This document shows, piece after piece, positions 27,650-36,840 of a stretch of 64,000 nucleotides of DNA. The notes under the pieces are model-generated. The model saw only the letters and a program-made list of their open reading frames with translations. It did no database searches and was not told where the DNA came from. A program made the position numbers and the translations under genes. The stretch spans positions 2,060-66,059 of the IMG/VR virus record IMGVR_UViG_2852667396_000001. One strand, 5' to 3'. Position 1 is the stretch's first letter. Every line of letters starts with the position of its first letter. This DNA comes from a virus.

Positions 27650-28504
27650 ATGGCTTTTTCCGTCACCCCGTTCAGCAACAACGGTAGCTCTGTGCTTCCG
27701 CCTCGGACGATGATGCACCAGGGGCAGTATTTGGAGTCTCCGGACAAACGCTACAAGTTGATCCTTCAAGACGACATGAACTTGGCACTTTTCGACCATG
27801 GCGCCGTAGCATGGGTGCTTGATTACAACACACCGTACACATATCAAGATCGCAACCCAAACTCGGACCTCGGTAACTGCTTCTACACCCAAGGCGCTGC
27901 GTTCATGATGGACCAGATCAGGAAGCGCACCGTAGCCACCACAATTGGTGTTCCGCTAGGTAGTGAGGTCGGAGCGCCGGATCGAATTTATCTCCAGCTT
28001 CAAAACGACGGTAACGTTGTGCTGGTGGATGCCGTGCCGTTGTGGGTAAACAACGCAGCGCTACCAATCTTGTATGATCAGCCCTCGATTGTAATTCCGC
28101 CTGGCACTTCATTGGTGCCTGGCAAGTTTTACGGCGTCGGGAATGTAGCTTTGGTGTTTCAGGGCGACGGTAACCTGGTCGTTTATGGTCCAAACAGCAG
28201 CGTCGTCTGGGCAAGCTATTCCCATAACAAAGGTGGTACGAGCTGCGTTATGCAGGGCGATGGTAATCTGGTGATCTACACCGATAAGGGCGTCGCAATT
28301 TGGAATAGCAAAACTAGTGGCAACCCCGACCTTGCCCTGCGCGTCCAGGCCAACGGCCGGATGTCGATTGTGAAAGAGCTTCCGGTGTGGGCGCGTTTCG
28401 GCTATGTGCCAACGGTCAAGCCCCGTCGCCCGCTCTTCTATCCTGATCACGGTACGGGTGACCTTCCGACTTACGGCAGTTGGACTTGGAACAACGTGTT
28501 TTAA
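27650..28504 (+). CDS. llpA: Lectin-like bacteriocin (LlpA/putidacin L1 family)
   Basis: Tandem B-lectin domains with QxDxNxVxY motifs (QNDGNVV, QGDGNLVVY, QGDGNLVIY), VWARFG, Trp-containing C-terminal extension. Confidence 0.9.
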   Translation: MAFSVTPFSNNGSSVLPPRTMMHQGQYLESPDKRYKLILQDDMNLALFDHGAVAWVLDYNTPYTYQDRNPNSDLGNCFYTQGAAFMMDQIRKRTVATTIGVPLGSEVGAPDRIYLQLQNDGNVVLVDAVPLWVNNAALPILYDQPSIVIPPGTSLVPGKFYGVGNVALVFQGDGNLVVYGPNSSVVWASYSHNKGGTSCVMQGDGNLVIYTDKGVAIWNSKTSGNPDLALRVQANGRMSIVKELPVWARFGYVPTVKPRRPLFYPDHGTGDLPTYGSWTWNNVF

Positions 28505-28514
28505 ATCGTCCAAG

Positions 28515-28538
28515 GCCTCGCCAAGTGCGGGGCTTTTT
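28515..28538 (+). terminator. Terminator, 24-bp direct repeat copy 2
   Basis: Identical to 27391-27414. Confidence 0.8.
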
Positions 28539-28555
28539 TACGCCCAGTTTTACCT

Positions 28556-28780
28556 GTAGCCAGGACAGCCTTCGGGAGGCCTGGACGTCGATAGCCGGTA
28601 GTGCGACGTACGGAAATAACACCGGCCGCCCGTGCATCCTGACCTCGTTGTGCTTCCGGGGTGGCGCGAGACAAGACTGGCGAGATCGATGCATTAGGGC
28701 GTCGACGCTGTGATTGTTTTTGGCAGACAGCACGGAAAGACGCGCACCTATTCAGGGCCCCGACATTGTTTGGGGCCTTT
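28556..28780 (+). ncRNA. Putative structured non-coding RNA in late leader
   Basis: Nested complementary stems, UUCG loop, GGAAAGAC loop. Confidence 0.45.
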
Positions 28781-28871
28781 CCGTTTTCGGCCCCACCACA
28801 CCCATTGCTCCGAGCTGGGAGTGCTGTGTGAGCCGATTCAATTCCCAAACATGCCCCACGGAGTCGAGCGC

Positions 28872-29210
28872 ATGGAGTATCTACAGCGCCTGCTCGACAA
28901 GATCGACAGGTTCGAATTGTTGATTGCGGGCCTGATTGGGGCCGTTGTTGCGAGCTGGTGGCACAAGGACGACTTGTCCGACTGGCGCGCCTGGATGGTG
29001 TTCTTGATCACCGGTGTTGCCTGCTCGCTGTACCTGACGAGCATGGTCAGCGCCTACCTAAATGTCACTGAGCCAAAGATCGTGGCCGGCATTGGGTTCT
29101 TGCTGGGCACGTTCGGCGGCTCGCTCCTGGCAGCAATTAATCGAGCCATCAAAGCCGCTGACCTCTGGGCGCTTATTCGCCAGCGGTTCGGGGGAGGCAA
29201 TCCACCATGA
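28872..29210 (+). CDS. Putative holin
   Basis: About 3 TM segments, first core late gene. Confidence 0.7.
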   Translation: MEYLQRLLDKIDRFELLIAGLIGAVVASWWHKDDLSDWRAWMVFLITGVACSLYLTSMVSAYLNVTEPKIVAGIGFLLGTFGGSLLAAINRAIKAADLWALIRQRFGGGNPP

Positions 29211-29551
29211 ATCTTGAACTGATTAACTCCATCGCCTGCGGCCTTATCGCGCTGTGGGCCACCTGGTGCGTACTGAGCGGGAAGGTGAGGGACGGCATCC
29301 TCGGGAAGCTGATCTACTCGACGATCGCCATTACCGGTTTTGTCGTGATGGTGCGTAGCCAGAACATCTTCTTCGGCCCGACCACCGCGGGCCTGACACT
29401 GCATGTCGCCCTAGCCCTGGCTGGTGCTCGCCACATCTTCATGGTCACGTACTGGCAGCCGGTTAAAGCCTGGCTTTGTCGGACGCTGAACTGCGAGCAC
29501 TGCCTGCACTGCGACAAGGCACCTGGTGGTGTCGAACGCCGGAGCAAGTAA
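29207..29551 (+). CDS. Membrane protein coupled to holin (possible second holin/antiholin)
   Basis: ATGA overlap; 3 TM segments. Confidence 0.65.
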   Translation: MNLELINSIACGLIALWATWCVLSGKVRDGILGKLIYSTIAITGFVVMVRSQNIFFGPTTAGLTLHVALALAGARHIFMVTYWQPVKAWLCRTLNCEHCLHCDKAPGGVERRSK

Positions 29552-29560
29552 TGCGAGGGC

Positions 29561-29926
29561 CTACCAGCCCCCTGGAAACCACTGCCGGGCAAGGCTTACC
29601 GTCACGCGCAGTGCATGCTGACTTTGGTCACACTCTACCTGTCGGTCTTCAGGCGTTGCGGGCTTGCGCCACTTAAGGTTTGCCGCCAAGCCTTTGGCGT
29701 AGGTTTTTTCAAATTCGGGGCTTGCTTCCTTGGTAAGGCGCATCGCTTTCGCATAGTCAGCCTCAAGGTCATCAGGCAGCGATTCACAAGCCAGTTTGGC
29801 TTGCTGATACCTAACGGCATACATGTAGCCGTCAGTAGGAGCTTCGTCGTAGCTGTAGCGGGATGGCTCTGAAGCGAGTGCTGGGCCAGCGAGAAGTAGC
29901 GCAGAGAGATACAGGCTTCCGTGCAT
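29561..29926 (-). CDS. Secreted hypothetical protein (moron)
   Basis: Signal peptide ending ALA. Confidence 0.65.
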   Translation of the reverse strand: MHGSLYLSALLLAGPALASEPSRYSYDEAPTDGYMYAVRYQQAKLACESLPDDLEADYAKAMRLTKEASPEFEKTYAKGLAANLKWRKPATPEDRQVECDQSQHALRVTVSLARQWFPGGW

Positions 29927-30023
29927 GGGTTCGAAGTCTCGAAAAAATCAAAGTCAGCTGAGTATACCCGGCTCATCCGCGCCACGTTTTCGAATGCGCC
30001 AAATCGTGGCGCGGAGATAGCCG

Positions 30024-30221
30024 ATGCATAAAGTCACACGCCTGCGTCACGCGCTACCGCTGAGCCAGGACATCAACGCTGCCGTAGGTCGCCTCGACAA
30101 GGCCATTGTTGAGGCGGTGGATGCTGCGAAGTCAGCAGGATTACCTCAGGGCCTGATCGTCAGCTTGCTCCACGGTCACGCACATGCACAGACACACCAG
30201 ATGGTAACGGAGTCTCCATGA
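30024..30221 (+). CDS. Hypothetical phage protein
   Basis: GGAG RBS; AGLPQGLIVSLLHGHAH. Confidence 0.7.
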   Translation: MHKVTRLRHALPLSQDINAAVGRLDKAIVEAVDAAKSAGLPQGLIVSLLHGHAHAQTHQMVTESP

Positions 30222-30283
30222 CAACTACGCAACTCGACTGGGAGGCAATCGAGCGCGTCTACCGAGCCAGGTTCTGCTCCGTG
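30218..30283 (+). pseudogene. 5' remnant of an alternative terminase small subunit-like gene
   Basis: MTTTQLDWEAIERVYRA resembles DWEAIERAYRAG terS N-termini. Confidence 0.5.
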
Positions 30284-30513
30284 GAGTTCTTAGCAAGCTC
30301 GACTGCAGCAGTGATAGCTCCACGGGCTTGAGGGCTATTCTTCCAGCATGTTGAACCTAATGCTGCGGATGCTTGAGTCAGGATGTCACCAACATCCGAT
30401 CTTCGGAGTTCAGCGAACGATTCGATGCCCATCTGCTCAAGCCGAGCAATCACGGTTGGACCTACACCCTTGAGGGCGAGCAAAGCAGTTCTTTCATTCG
30501 GTGAAAACGGCAT
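30259..30513 (-). CDS. Helix-hairpin-helix domain protein (moron)
   Basis: LLALKGVGPTVIARLEQMGI. Confidence 0.75.
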   Translation of the reverse strand: MPFSPNERTALLALKGVGPTVIARLEQMGIESFAELRRSDVGDILTQASAALGSTCWKNSPQARGAITAAVELAKNSTEQNLAR

Positions 30514-30631
30514 CGTAAATTCCTTTTTTTGGCGATGAGTCCGCGGGAGTGTGCCCGACGTTAGAAGGTGGCTCAATAGACCGGTTTCATCGTTTTGAGT
30601 GTCAGTGGTGCATAGTCTCCAAGGAGGGCGC

Positions 30632-31264
30632 GTGAACCGACCAGTGCCGCCGGCATCACTGCTGGAGCTGTCTGAGCTTTCCGACTTCGGTATGCGCCTG
30701 ACTCCAGCCCCTGAGGTGTGGGAATGGCTCCAGGCCGAAATACTTGCTGACGCCGGCAGCATTCACAACGAAGACCATGCCCACCTACTGGATGCAGACA
30801 TCCGGGTCATGTGGGCGTCGTCGGGCTTCGAGAAACAAGGTAGGACAGTCCTTGGCCAGGCCGAGCAAGTAGCGTTCCGCGCCGGTGGTTGGCAGAAGGC
30901 CCGGATGGAGCAACAGATGCGGGATTGGTTCGGCGATGTGCCGGCCTTCATCATCACCTTGGCTGCTGACTACTGCGCCCAGTGCAGTGACACCGACTTC
31001 TGCGCCTTGGTTGAGCATGAGCTCTATCACATCGCTCACGCCAACGATAAGTACGGCCAGCCAGCCTTCACAAAGGAAGGCGCGGCCAAGCTTGAGATGC
31101 GCGGCCACGACGTCAACGAGTTCGTTGCCATCGTTGAGCGATATGGCGTTGGCGCGCCAGATAGCGATGTTGCCCGAATGGTCGAAGCGGCCAAAAAAAC
31201 ACCATCCGTTAACCGGGCCTCTATAGCGAGTGCTTGCGGTACCTGCTTGATGAGGGCTGTGTAG
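30632..31264 (+). CDS. Putative phage metallopeptidase
   Basis: LVEHELYH, HDVNEF..IVERYG. Confidence 0.8.
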   Translation: MNRPVPPASLLELSELSDFGMRLTPAPEVWEWLQAEILADAGSIHNEDHAHLLDADIRVMWASSGFEKQGRTVLGQAEQVAFRAGGWQKARMEQQMRDWFGDVPAFIITLAADYCAQCSDTDFCALVEHELYHIAHANDKYGQPAFTKEGAAKLEMRGHDVNEFVAIVERYGVGAPDSDVARMVEAAKKTPSVNRASIASACGTCLMRAV

Positions 31265-31785
31265 TGGAAGAGCAGTGGAAGACGATTCAAAACTACCCGG
31301 ACTACGCGGTAAGCAACCTGGGTCGAATCAAGCGCCTCACGACCAGGACGTGCGCGAAGGCAGGCACAATCTTAAAGACACCTGGCCGCAGTAAGGCTCG
31401 ACCATACCTGAGTGTCGATCTCTGCTACCCGGGAGGCAAACGCACTGAGCTTGTTCATCGGCTCGTAGCGATCGCATTTCTGGGTGAGCCGCCGTTTCAT
31501 GGCGCTGAGGTTAATCATATTGACGCCGACAGGGGAAACGCAGCCGTCTTCAACTTGGAATGGGTTACGTCTTCGGACAATCAACACCATTCCTATAAGC
31601 ATGGGTTGCAGACGGCAAAGGGCGAATCTAACGGACAAGCCAAACTGAAAGAGGGTGAGGTGCTGGAAATGCGAGCGCTTCACTCAACATCAGGCGTTGA
31701 TGTTGAAACTCTTGCTGAGCGCTACGGCATCCATAAGAGAACGGCCCTTGATGTGGTTCGCCGCAAGTCGTGGGCGCACATCTGA
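31264..31785 (+). CDS. NUMOD4-HNH homing endonuclease
   Basis: WK.I..YPDYAVSNLGRIK, VHRLVA..F, VNHID..R.N....NLEW. Confidence 0.9.
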   Translation: MEEQWKTIQNYPDYAVSNLGRIKRLTTRTCAKAGTILKTPGRSKARPYLSVDLCYPGGKRTELVHRLVAIAFLGEPPFHGAEVNHIDADRGNAAVFNLEWVTSSDNQHHSYKHGLQTAKGESNGQAKLKEGEVLEMRALHSTSGVDVETLAERYGIHKRTALDVVRRKSWAHI

Positions 31786-31895
31786 TGCTGCACACAATCC
31801 TGCTGAGGTGGGGAAATTGAACATATCGAGGGCCTGCGGAACCTGTCTGCTCAGATCGGCCTGACCCCTGACAGACCTAAGACGGAATTTACCCT

Positions 31896-32357
31896 ATGGC
31901 AGCCCTGAACAGTGAGGTGAAAGGCTTCATGGTTCAGGCCTTGGCGTGCTTCGACACACCTTCCCAGGTTGCAGCGGCTGTCCGAGAGGAATTCGGCATT
32001 GAGGTGACCCGTCAGCAGTGCGAGGCGCAAGACCCGACCAAGCGCGCCGGCCGAGACCTGGCAAAGAAGTGGGTGACCCTTTTCCACGACACCCGTAAGC
32101 GGTTCCGTGAAGAGACAGCTGACATCCCGATCGCCAACCGCGCCTTCCGCCTCCGCGCCATGAACCGCTTTGTAGAGAAGGCCGAGACGATGAAGAACAT
32201 CGGCTTGGCGATGCAGATCCTCGAACAGGCGGCGAAAGAAACCGGCGACATCTACGTCAACCGGGCCAGGAAGGAAGAGGCGGGCGACGAACCGGTGATC
32301 CCGACCCGTATCCAGGTCGACGTGGTGGATGCGAGGAAGCCGAATGCCGAGCCTTAA
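31896..32357 (+). CDS. Terminase small subunit (DUF2280-like)
   Basis: QALACFDTPSQVA, LEQAAKE. Confidence 0.85.
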   Translation: MAALNSEVKGFMVQALACFDTPSQVAAAVREEFGIEVTRQQCEAQDPTKRAGRDLAKKWVTLFHDTRKRFREETADIPIANRAFRLRAMNRFVEKAETMKNIGLAMQILEQAAKETGDIYVNRARKEEAGDEPVIPTRIQVDVVDARKPNAEP

Positions 32358-33645
32358 CGTTCCGCAGGCTCAGTTCCTCACACTGCCCCACAAGTTTCGT
32401 GCATTCGTTGCTGGGTTCGGGTCGGGCAAGACCTGGGTGGGATGCTCGGCACTGAGCAAGCACTTCATGGAGTGGCCCGGCGTCAACGCTGGCTACTTCG
32501 CGCCGACTTACCCGCAGATCCGGGACATCTTCTATCCGACCATGGATGAGGTGGCTTACGACTGGGGGCTGAAGACCAAGATCAACCAGGCGAACCACGA
32601 GGTTCACATCTACAGCGGCCGGCAGTATCGCGGCACTGTGATTTGTCGGTCGATGGAGAAGCCGCAGACCATTGTCGGCTTCAAGATCGGTCATGCCCTG
32701 GTGGATGAGTTGGACGTGCTGACTGCCGTCAAGGCACAGCAGGCCTGGCGCAAGATCATCGCCCGGATGCGCTACAACCTGCCCGGGCTGAAGAACGGGG
32801 TGGACGTCACAACTACACCGGAAGGCTTCAAGTTCGTCTTCCTGCAGTTCGTGAAACAGCTGCGTGATAAGCCGTCACTGAAAGAGATGTACGGCTTGGT
32901 GCAGGCCAGCACGTTCGATAACGAGCTGAACCTGCCGGATGACTATATCGCCTCCCTGATGGAGTCGTATCCGCCACAACTGATCATGGCGTACCTCAAA
33001 GGCCAGTTCGTCAACCTGACGTCCGGGACGATCTACACGGCATATGACCGCAAGCTGAATCAATGTTTCGACACAGTGCAGCCCGGCGAGCCGTTGTTTA
33101 TCGGGATGGACTTCAACGTCGGCAAGATGGCGGCGATCACACACGTCAAGCGTGACCAGGGGCTGCCCAGGGCAGTGGATGAGCTGATCGATGGCTACGA
33201 CACGCCTGACATGATCCGTCGCATCAAAGAGCGGTACTGGCAGCACGACGGCAACGACTTCAAAAAGACCTGCGAAATCAGGATTTACCCTGACGCCTCG
33301 GGTGACTCACGCAAGTCTGTGAACGCCAGCATCACGGACCTTGCCATGCTCAAACAGGCCGGGTTCGCGGTCATCGCTCCAGCGGCAAACCCGCCTGTGA
33401 AGGACCGAATCAACGCAATGAACGCTGTCTTCTGCAATTCGCAGGGCGAGCGCCGCTACCTGGTCAACCCGTTCACCTGCCCGACCTATGCCGATGGACT
33501 GGAGCAGCAGGTGTGGGGCGCGAACGGGGAGCCAGACAAAACCGCCGGTATCGATCACGCGAACGACGCCGGCGGCTACTTCATCCACCGCGAGTACCCG
33601 ATCATCAAACCGGTCACCGCTATCAAAATGGGATACGCCCGATGA
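32344..33645 (+). CDS. Terminase large subunit
   Basis: AGFGSGKT Walker A, VDE Walker B, GMDFN, DHANDA. Confidence 0.95.
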   Translation: MPSLNVPQAQFLTLPHKFRAFVAGFGSGKTWVGCSALSKHFMEWPGVNAGYFAPTYPQIRDIFYPTMDEVAYDWGLKTKINQANHEVHIYSGRQYRGTVICRSMEKPQTIVGFKIGHALVDELDVLTAVKAQQAWRKIIARMRYNLPGLKNGVDVTTTPEGFKFVFLQFVKQLRDKPSLKEMYGLVQASTFDNELNLPDDYIASLMESYPPQLIMAYLKGQFVNLTSGTIYTAYDRKLNQCFDTVQPGEPLFIGMDFNVGKMAAITHVKRDQGLPRAVDELIDGYDTPDMIRRIKERYWQHDGNDFKKTCEIRIYPDASGDSRKSVNASITDLAMLKQAGFAVIAPAANPPVKDRINAMNAVFCNSQGERRYLVNPFTCPTYADGLEQQVWGANGEPDKTAGIDHANDAGGYFIHREYPIIKPVTAIKMGYAR

Positions 33646-35060
33646 GCAACGACGTCTCCTTCAAGCGGGCGGAATACACAGCAGTGCTGGACCGCTGGGC
33701 AACCGTTCGCGACGTCTGCGCCGGCCAGCACCGGGTTGTCGACCGACTGCCGTACATCAACACACACGACAATTCGCCTGAGAACGTAGACAGGAACAAG
33801 GCCTATCGCGAACGTGCGGTATTCAAGAATGCCACCGGGCATACCCGTAACGGGTTGCTCGGCCTGGCCTTCCACAAAGACCCAACTTTGACGGTGCCCA
33901 AGAAGCTGGAGTACCTGCAGGACAACGCCAATGGCTCGGGCGTGAGCATCTACCAGCACTCGCAGGGCACTCTGGAGAAGGTGCTTGAGGCCGGGCGGCA
34001 TGGCCTGTACGTCGACTACCACCAGGACAATGGCGTCGGCGGGCACTCGGTGATCCTTTCCTACTGCGCTGAAGACATCATCAACTGGCGCACGGGCATG
34101 GTGAACGGTCACAGCATGCTTACCCTGGTAGTGCTGCGCGAGTCTCCGGAAATCCCTGATGGCTTCGGCTACAAGACGGCTGAGCAGTACCGGGAACTGG
34201 CGCTTGAGGATGACGGGTTTGTTTGTCGTGTTTGGCGCCGGTCCGGTCCGAAAGGTGGTGGGCCGCTGGCGGTCATCGAAGAGTTCAGGCCGGAAGGCGT
34301 CACCGGGCGTCTGAAGGAGATCCCGTTCACTTTCGTCGGCGCGCAGAACAACGACCCAAGCATCGACGAGTCGCCGCTGTACGACATCGCCATGATCAAC
34401 CTGGGCCATTACCGGAACAGTGCCGACTACGAAGACAGCGTCTTCTGGTGTGGTCAGGCTCAGCCGTGGATCAGCGGCCTTGATGAGCAGTGGCGCGACT
34501 GGATGGAGAAGAACGGCGTTTATGTTGGCTCCAGGGCTCCCATGATGCTGCCGGCGGGTGGTGCATTCGGCTACGCGCAGCCTGCACCGAACACACTGGT
34601 CAAGGAGGCCATGAACGACAAAAACCAGATGATGATTGAGCTGGGCGCCCGGATGGTGGTGGCATCACTGGCCGCCAAGACCGCAACGGAGTCCCGTGGC
34701 GATCAGTCGGCATCCACTTCGGTGCTGGCCGGGTGCGTGGCGAACGTGAGCGAGGCCTACACCCGGGCAATCATGTGGTGCTGCGCCTACATGGGCATTG
34801 CTGACAAGAAGGTCGCCTACCAGGTGAATCAGGAGTTTGTCGAACTCACGGCTGATCCGCAGATGATCACGGCATTGGTTGGCTTGTGGCAGCAAGGCGG
34901 CTTCGCCAAGGCAGACCTTCGGGCCTACCTGCGCAAGCAGGGCCTGATTGCGCCTGAGCGTACAGACCTGCAGATCGACGGCGAATTGCAGGAGCAGGGC
35001 GACGGTCTAGGCCTGGACGATGAGGACAAACCAAATGGCGGCAAACCAAGCAATCCTTGA
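33642..35060 (+). CDS. Portal protein (DUF4055-like)
   Basis: Position; YRERAVFKNAT, NLGHYRNSAD. Confidence 0.88.
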   Translation: MSNDVSFKRAEYTAVLDRWATVRDVCAGQHRVVDRLPYINTHDNSPENVDRNKAYRERAVFKNATGHTRNGLLGLAFHKDPTLTVPKKLEYLQDNANGSGVSIYQHSQGTLEKVLEAGRHGLYVDYHQDNGVGGHSVILSYCAEDIINWRTGMVNGHSMLTLVVLRESPEIPDGFGYKTAEQYRELALEDDGFVCRVWRRSGPKGGGPLAVIEEFRPEGVTGRLKEIPFTFVGAQNNDPSIDESPLYDIAMINLGHYRNSADYEDSVFWCGQAQPWISGLDEQWRDWMEKNGVYVGSRAPMMLPAGGAFGYAQPAPNTLVKEAMNDKNQMMIELGARMVVASLAAKTATESRGDQSASTSVLAGCVANVSEAYTRAIMWCCAYMGIADKKVAYQVNQEFVELTADPQMITALVGLWQQGGFAKADLRAYLRKQGLIAPERTDLQIDGELQEQGDGLGLDDEDKPNGGKPSNP

Positions 35061-36123
35061 CGCCACGATCCGGCACGCGGTCTTCCTCGAAAAGCTCAAG
35101 GCGGGGGAGGTGGGCAAGTTTGCCCCCTTTCTCAAGGAGATTGATCGTTCGATCCGTGACCGGCTCACCCAGTCAGACCTGACCGAGTACAACACGAAGC
35201 GCCTGGAAGAGATGCTGAAGGAGGTCGACAGCCTGTTGCTGGGTATCTTCGACCGATACAGCGCGCAGTTGAACCTGGACCTGGTGGACATCGCCAACTA
35301 CGAGGCCGAATTTGAGGCGACCAGTCTTGCCAGGTCGGCGCCGGTTGGCGTGTCGCTGGATGTGGTCGCGCCAACGGCGGCTGCAATCCGTACCGCAGTA
35401 CTAACGAATCCGCTCAGCGTGCGAGGTACCGGTGGCGGTAAGCTGTTGAAGGCCTTTATCAAGGGTTGGACCGGTGCAGAGCGTGAGCGCGTTACCGGCA
35501 CCATCCGGCAGGGCTTCTTCGAAGGGCAGACGAACTTCCAGATCATCCGCAACATTCGCGGTACCAAGGCGGCAGGCTACAAAGACGGCATTCTCGCTAC
35601 CACCAACCGCAACGCCAGCACGGTCGTGCACACGGCTATTCAGCATGTGTCGTCCCAGGCGCGGATGGAGGTGGCCAAGGCCAATACCGACATCGTTTCC
35701 GAAGTCGAGATGGTGGCCACCCTGGACAGCAAGACCAGTCAGCAATGCCGGTCGATGGACAAGCGCAGGTTTCCGGTGGACGCGGGGCCACGGCCACCTT
35801 TTCACCCGAACTGCCGCACCACCTTCATCCTTCTGACCAGGCTCAGCGAGATGTTCGCCAAGGGCGCAACGCGTGCCTCGGTGGGTGCTAATGGCGGACA
35901 GCAGGTGAATGCAGACCTCGATTACTACAACTGGCTCCAGCAACAGCCGGCTACGTTTCAGGACGTCGCCATCGGCCCAGTCCGAGCCAAGCTGTTCCGC
36001 GAGGGCGGCCTGACCATCGAGCGCTTCACTGAGCTGCAGCTTGATCGCAACTTTGCGCCGTTGACTCTGGTGCAGATGAAAAGCTTGGAACCGCTGGCAT
36101 TTGAAAGGGCCGGATTGCTATAA
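35035..36123 (+). CDS. Minor head protein (SPP1 gp7/Mu F-like)
   Basis: ATLDSKTS..C, PPFHPNCR. Confidence 0.88.
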   Translation: MAANQAILDATIRHAVFLEKLKAGEVGKFAPFLKEIDRSIRDRLTQSDLTEYNTKRLEEMLKEVDSLLLGIFDRYSAQLNLDLVDIANYEAEFEATSLARSAPVGVSLDVVAPTAAAIRTAVLTNPLSVRGTGGGKLLKAFIKGWTGAERERVTGTIRQGFFEGQTNFQIIRNIRGTKAAGYKDGILATTNRNASTVVHTAIQHVSSQARMEVAKANTDIVSEVEMVATLDSKTSQQCRSMDKRRFPVDAGPRPPFHPNCRTTFILLTRLSEMFAKGATRASVGANGGQQVNADLDYYNWLQQQPATFQDVAIGPVRAKLFREGGLTIERFTELQLDRNFAPLTLVQMKSLEPLAFERAGLL

Positions 36124-36151
36124 AGCTTCGCTTGATATTTGGAGGCTTGAT

Positions 36152-36763
36152 ATGGCGAAGGGATGGGTAGCGTTTTTGAGTGTGTTTTGTGTAGCTGGTG
36201 GAGTGTCGGCAGGCTTTCTTGCTGGGATTCAAGTGAATCCGAACACGGCCGACCGATATGTTCTCAATCTCGGATCTGTTGGTGAATGGTTTTCGGGGTT
36301 TGGAGCTCTAGCTGCAGTTGTTACCGCAATTGCTCTTGCAGAGAAACAGCGTCGGGACAATTCAGAGCGGATAGAGCTTTCACCTGAGGTTAGGCAACTC
36401 CCCAGCGGTGCGGAAATCAATAGATCAAACAGCTTGGCTGTCGAAGTGGTTTCTGTTGGCAATAGACCCGCAAGGCTTACTGGAGCAAAAATTCTTTGTA
36501 GCGACGGCACAATACGATGGAAAGGGTTCTCTTGCGGGCCGGAAGGAAAGGGTTTTCCCGTCAATCTAAACTACGGTGAGAACACGCAAGTCTGGATAGC
36601 TTCTGGAGAGGTTAAGGACTTTCTTGAAACCTTCGATGGTGATTTCTCAGGTACTAAGATGATCATCACGACGACTTTGAAATCTTGGAATGTAGACATT
36701 TCAGAGAAGCTAAAGCAGTTGAAGCTTGAGCGCGACAATCCGCCTAAATCACTATTCAGTTAA
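36152..36763 (+). CDS. Moron: two-TM membrane protein
   Basis: AT-rich, GGAGG RBS, own terminator at 36770-36797. Confidence 0.75.
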   Translation: MAKGWVAFLSVFCVAGGVSAGFLAGIQVNPNTADRYVLNLGSVGEWFSGFGALAAVVTAIALAEKQRRDNSERIELSPEVRQLPSGAEINRSNSLAVEVVSVGNRPARLTGAKILCSDGTIRWKGFSCGPEGKGFPVNLNYGENTQVWIASGEVKDFLETFDGDFSGTKMIITTTLKSWNVDISEKLKQLKLERDNPPKSLFS

Positions 36764-36840
36764 TTTTTTAAGCCCCGACATTGATCGGGGCTTTTTTATG
36801 CCTGCGAGGCAGGCCATTCCGACCCAAGGGGTGCATCAAC

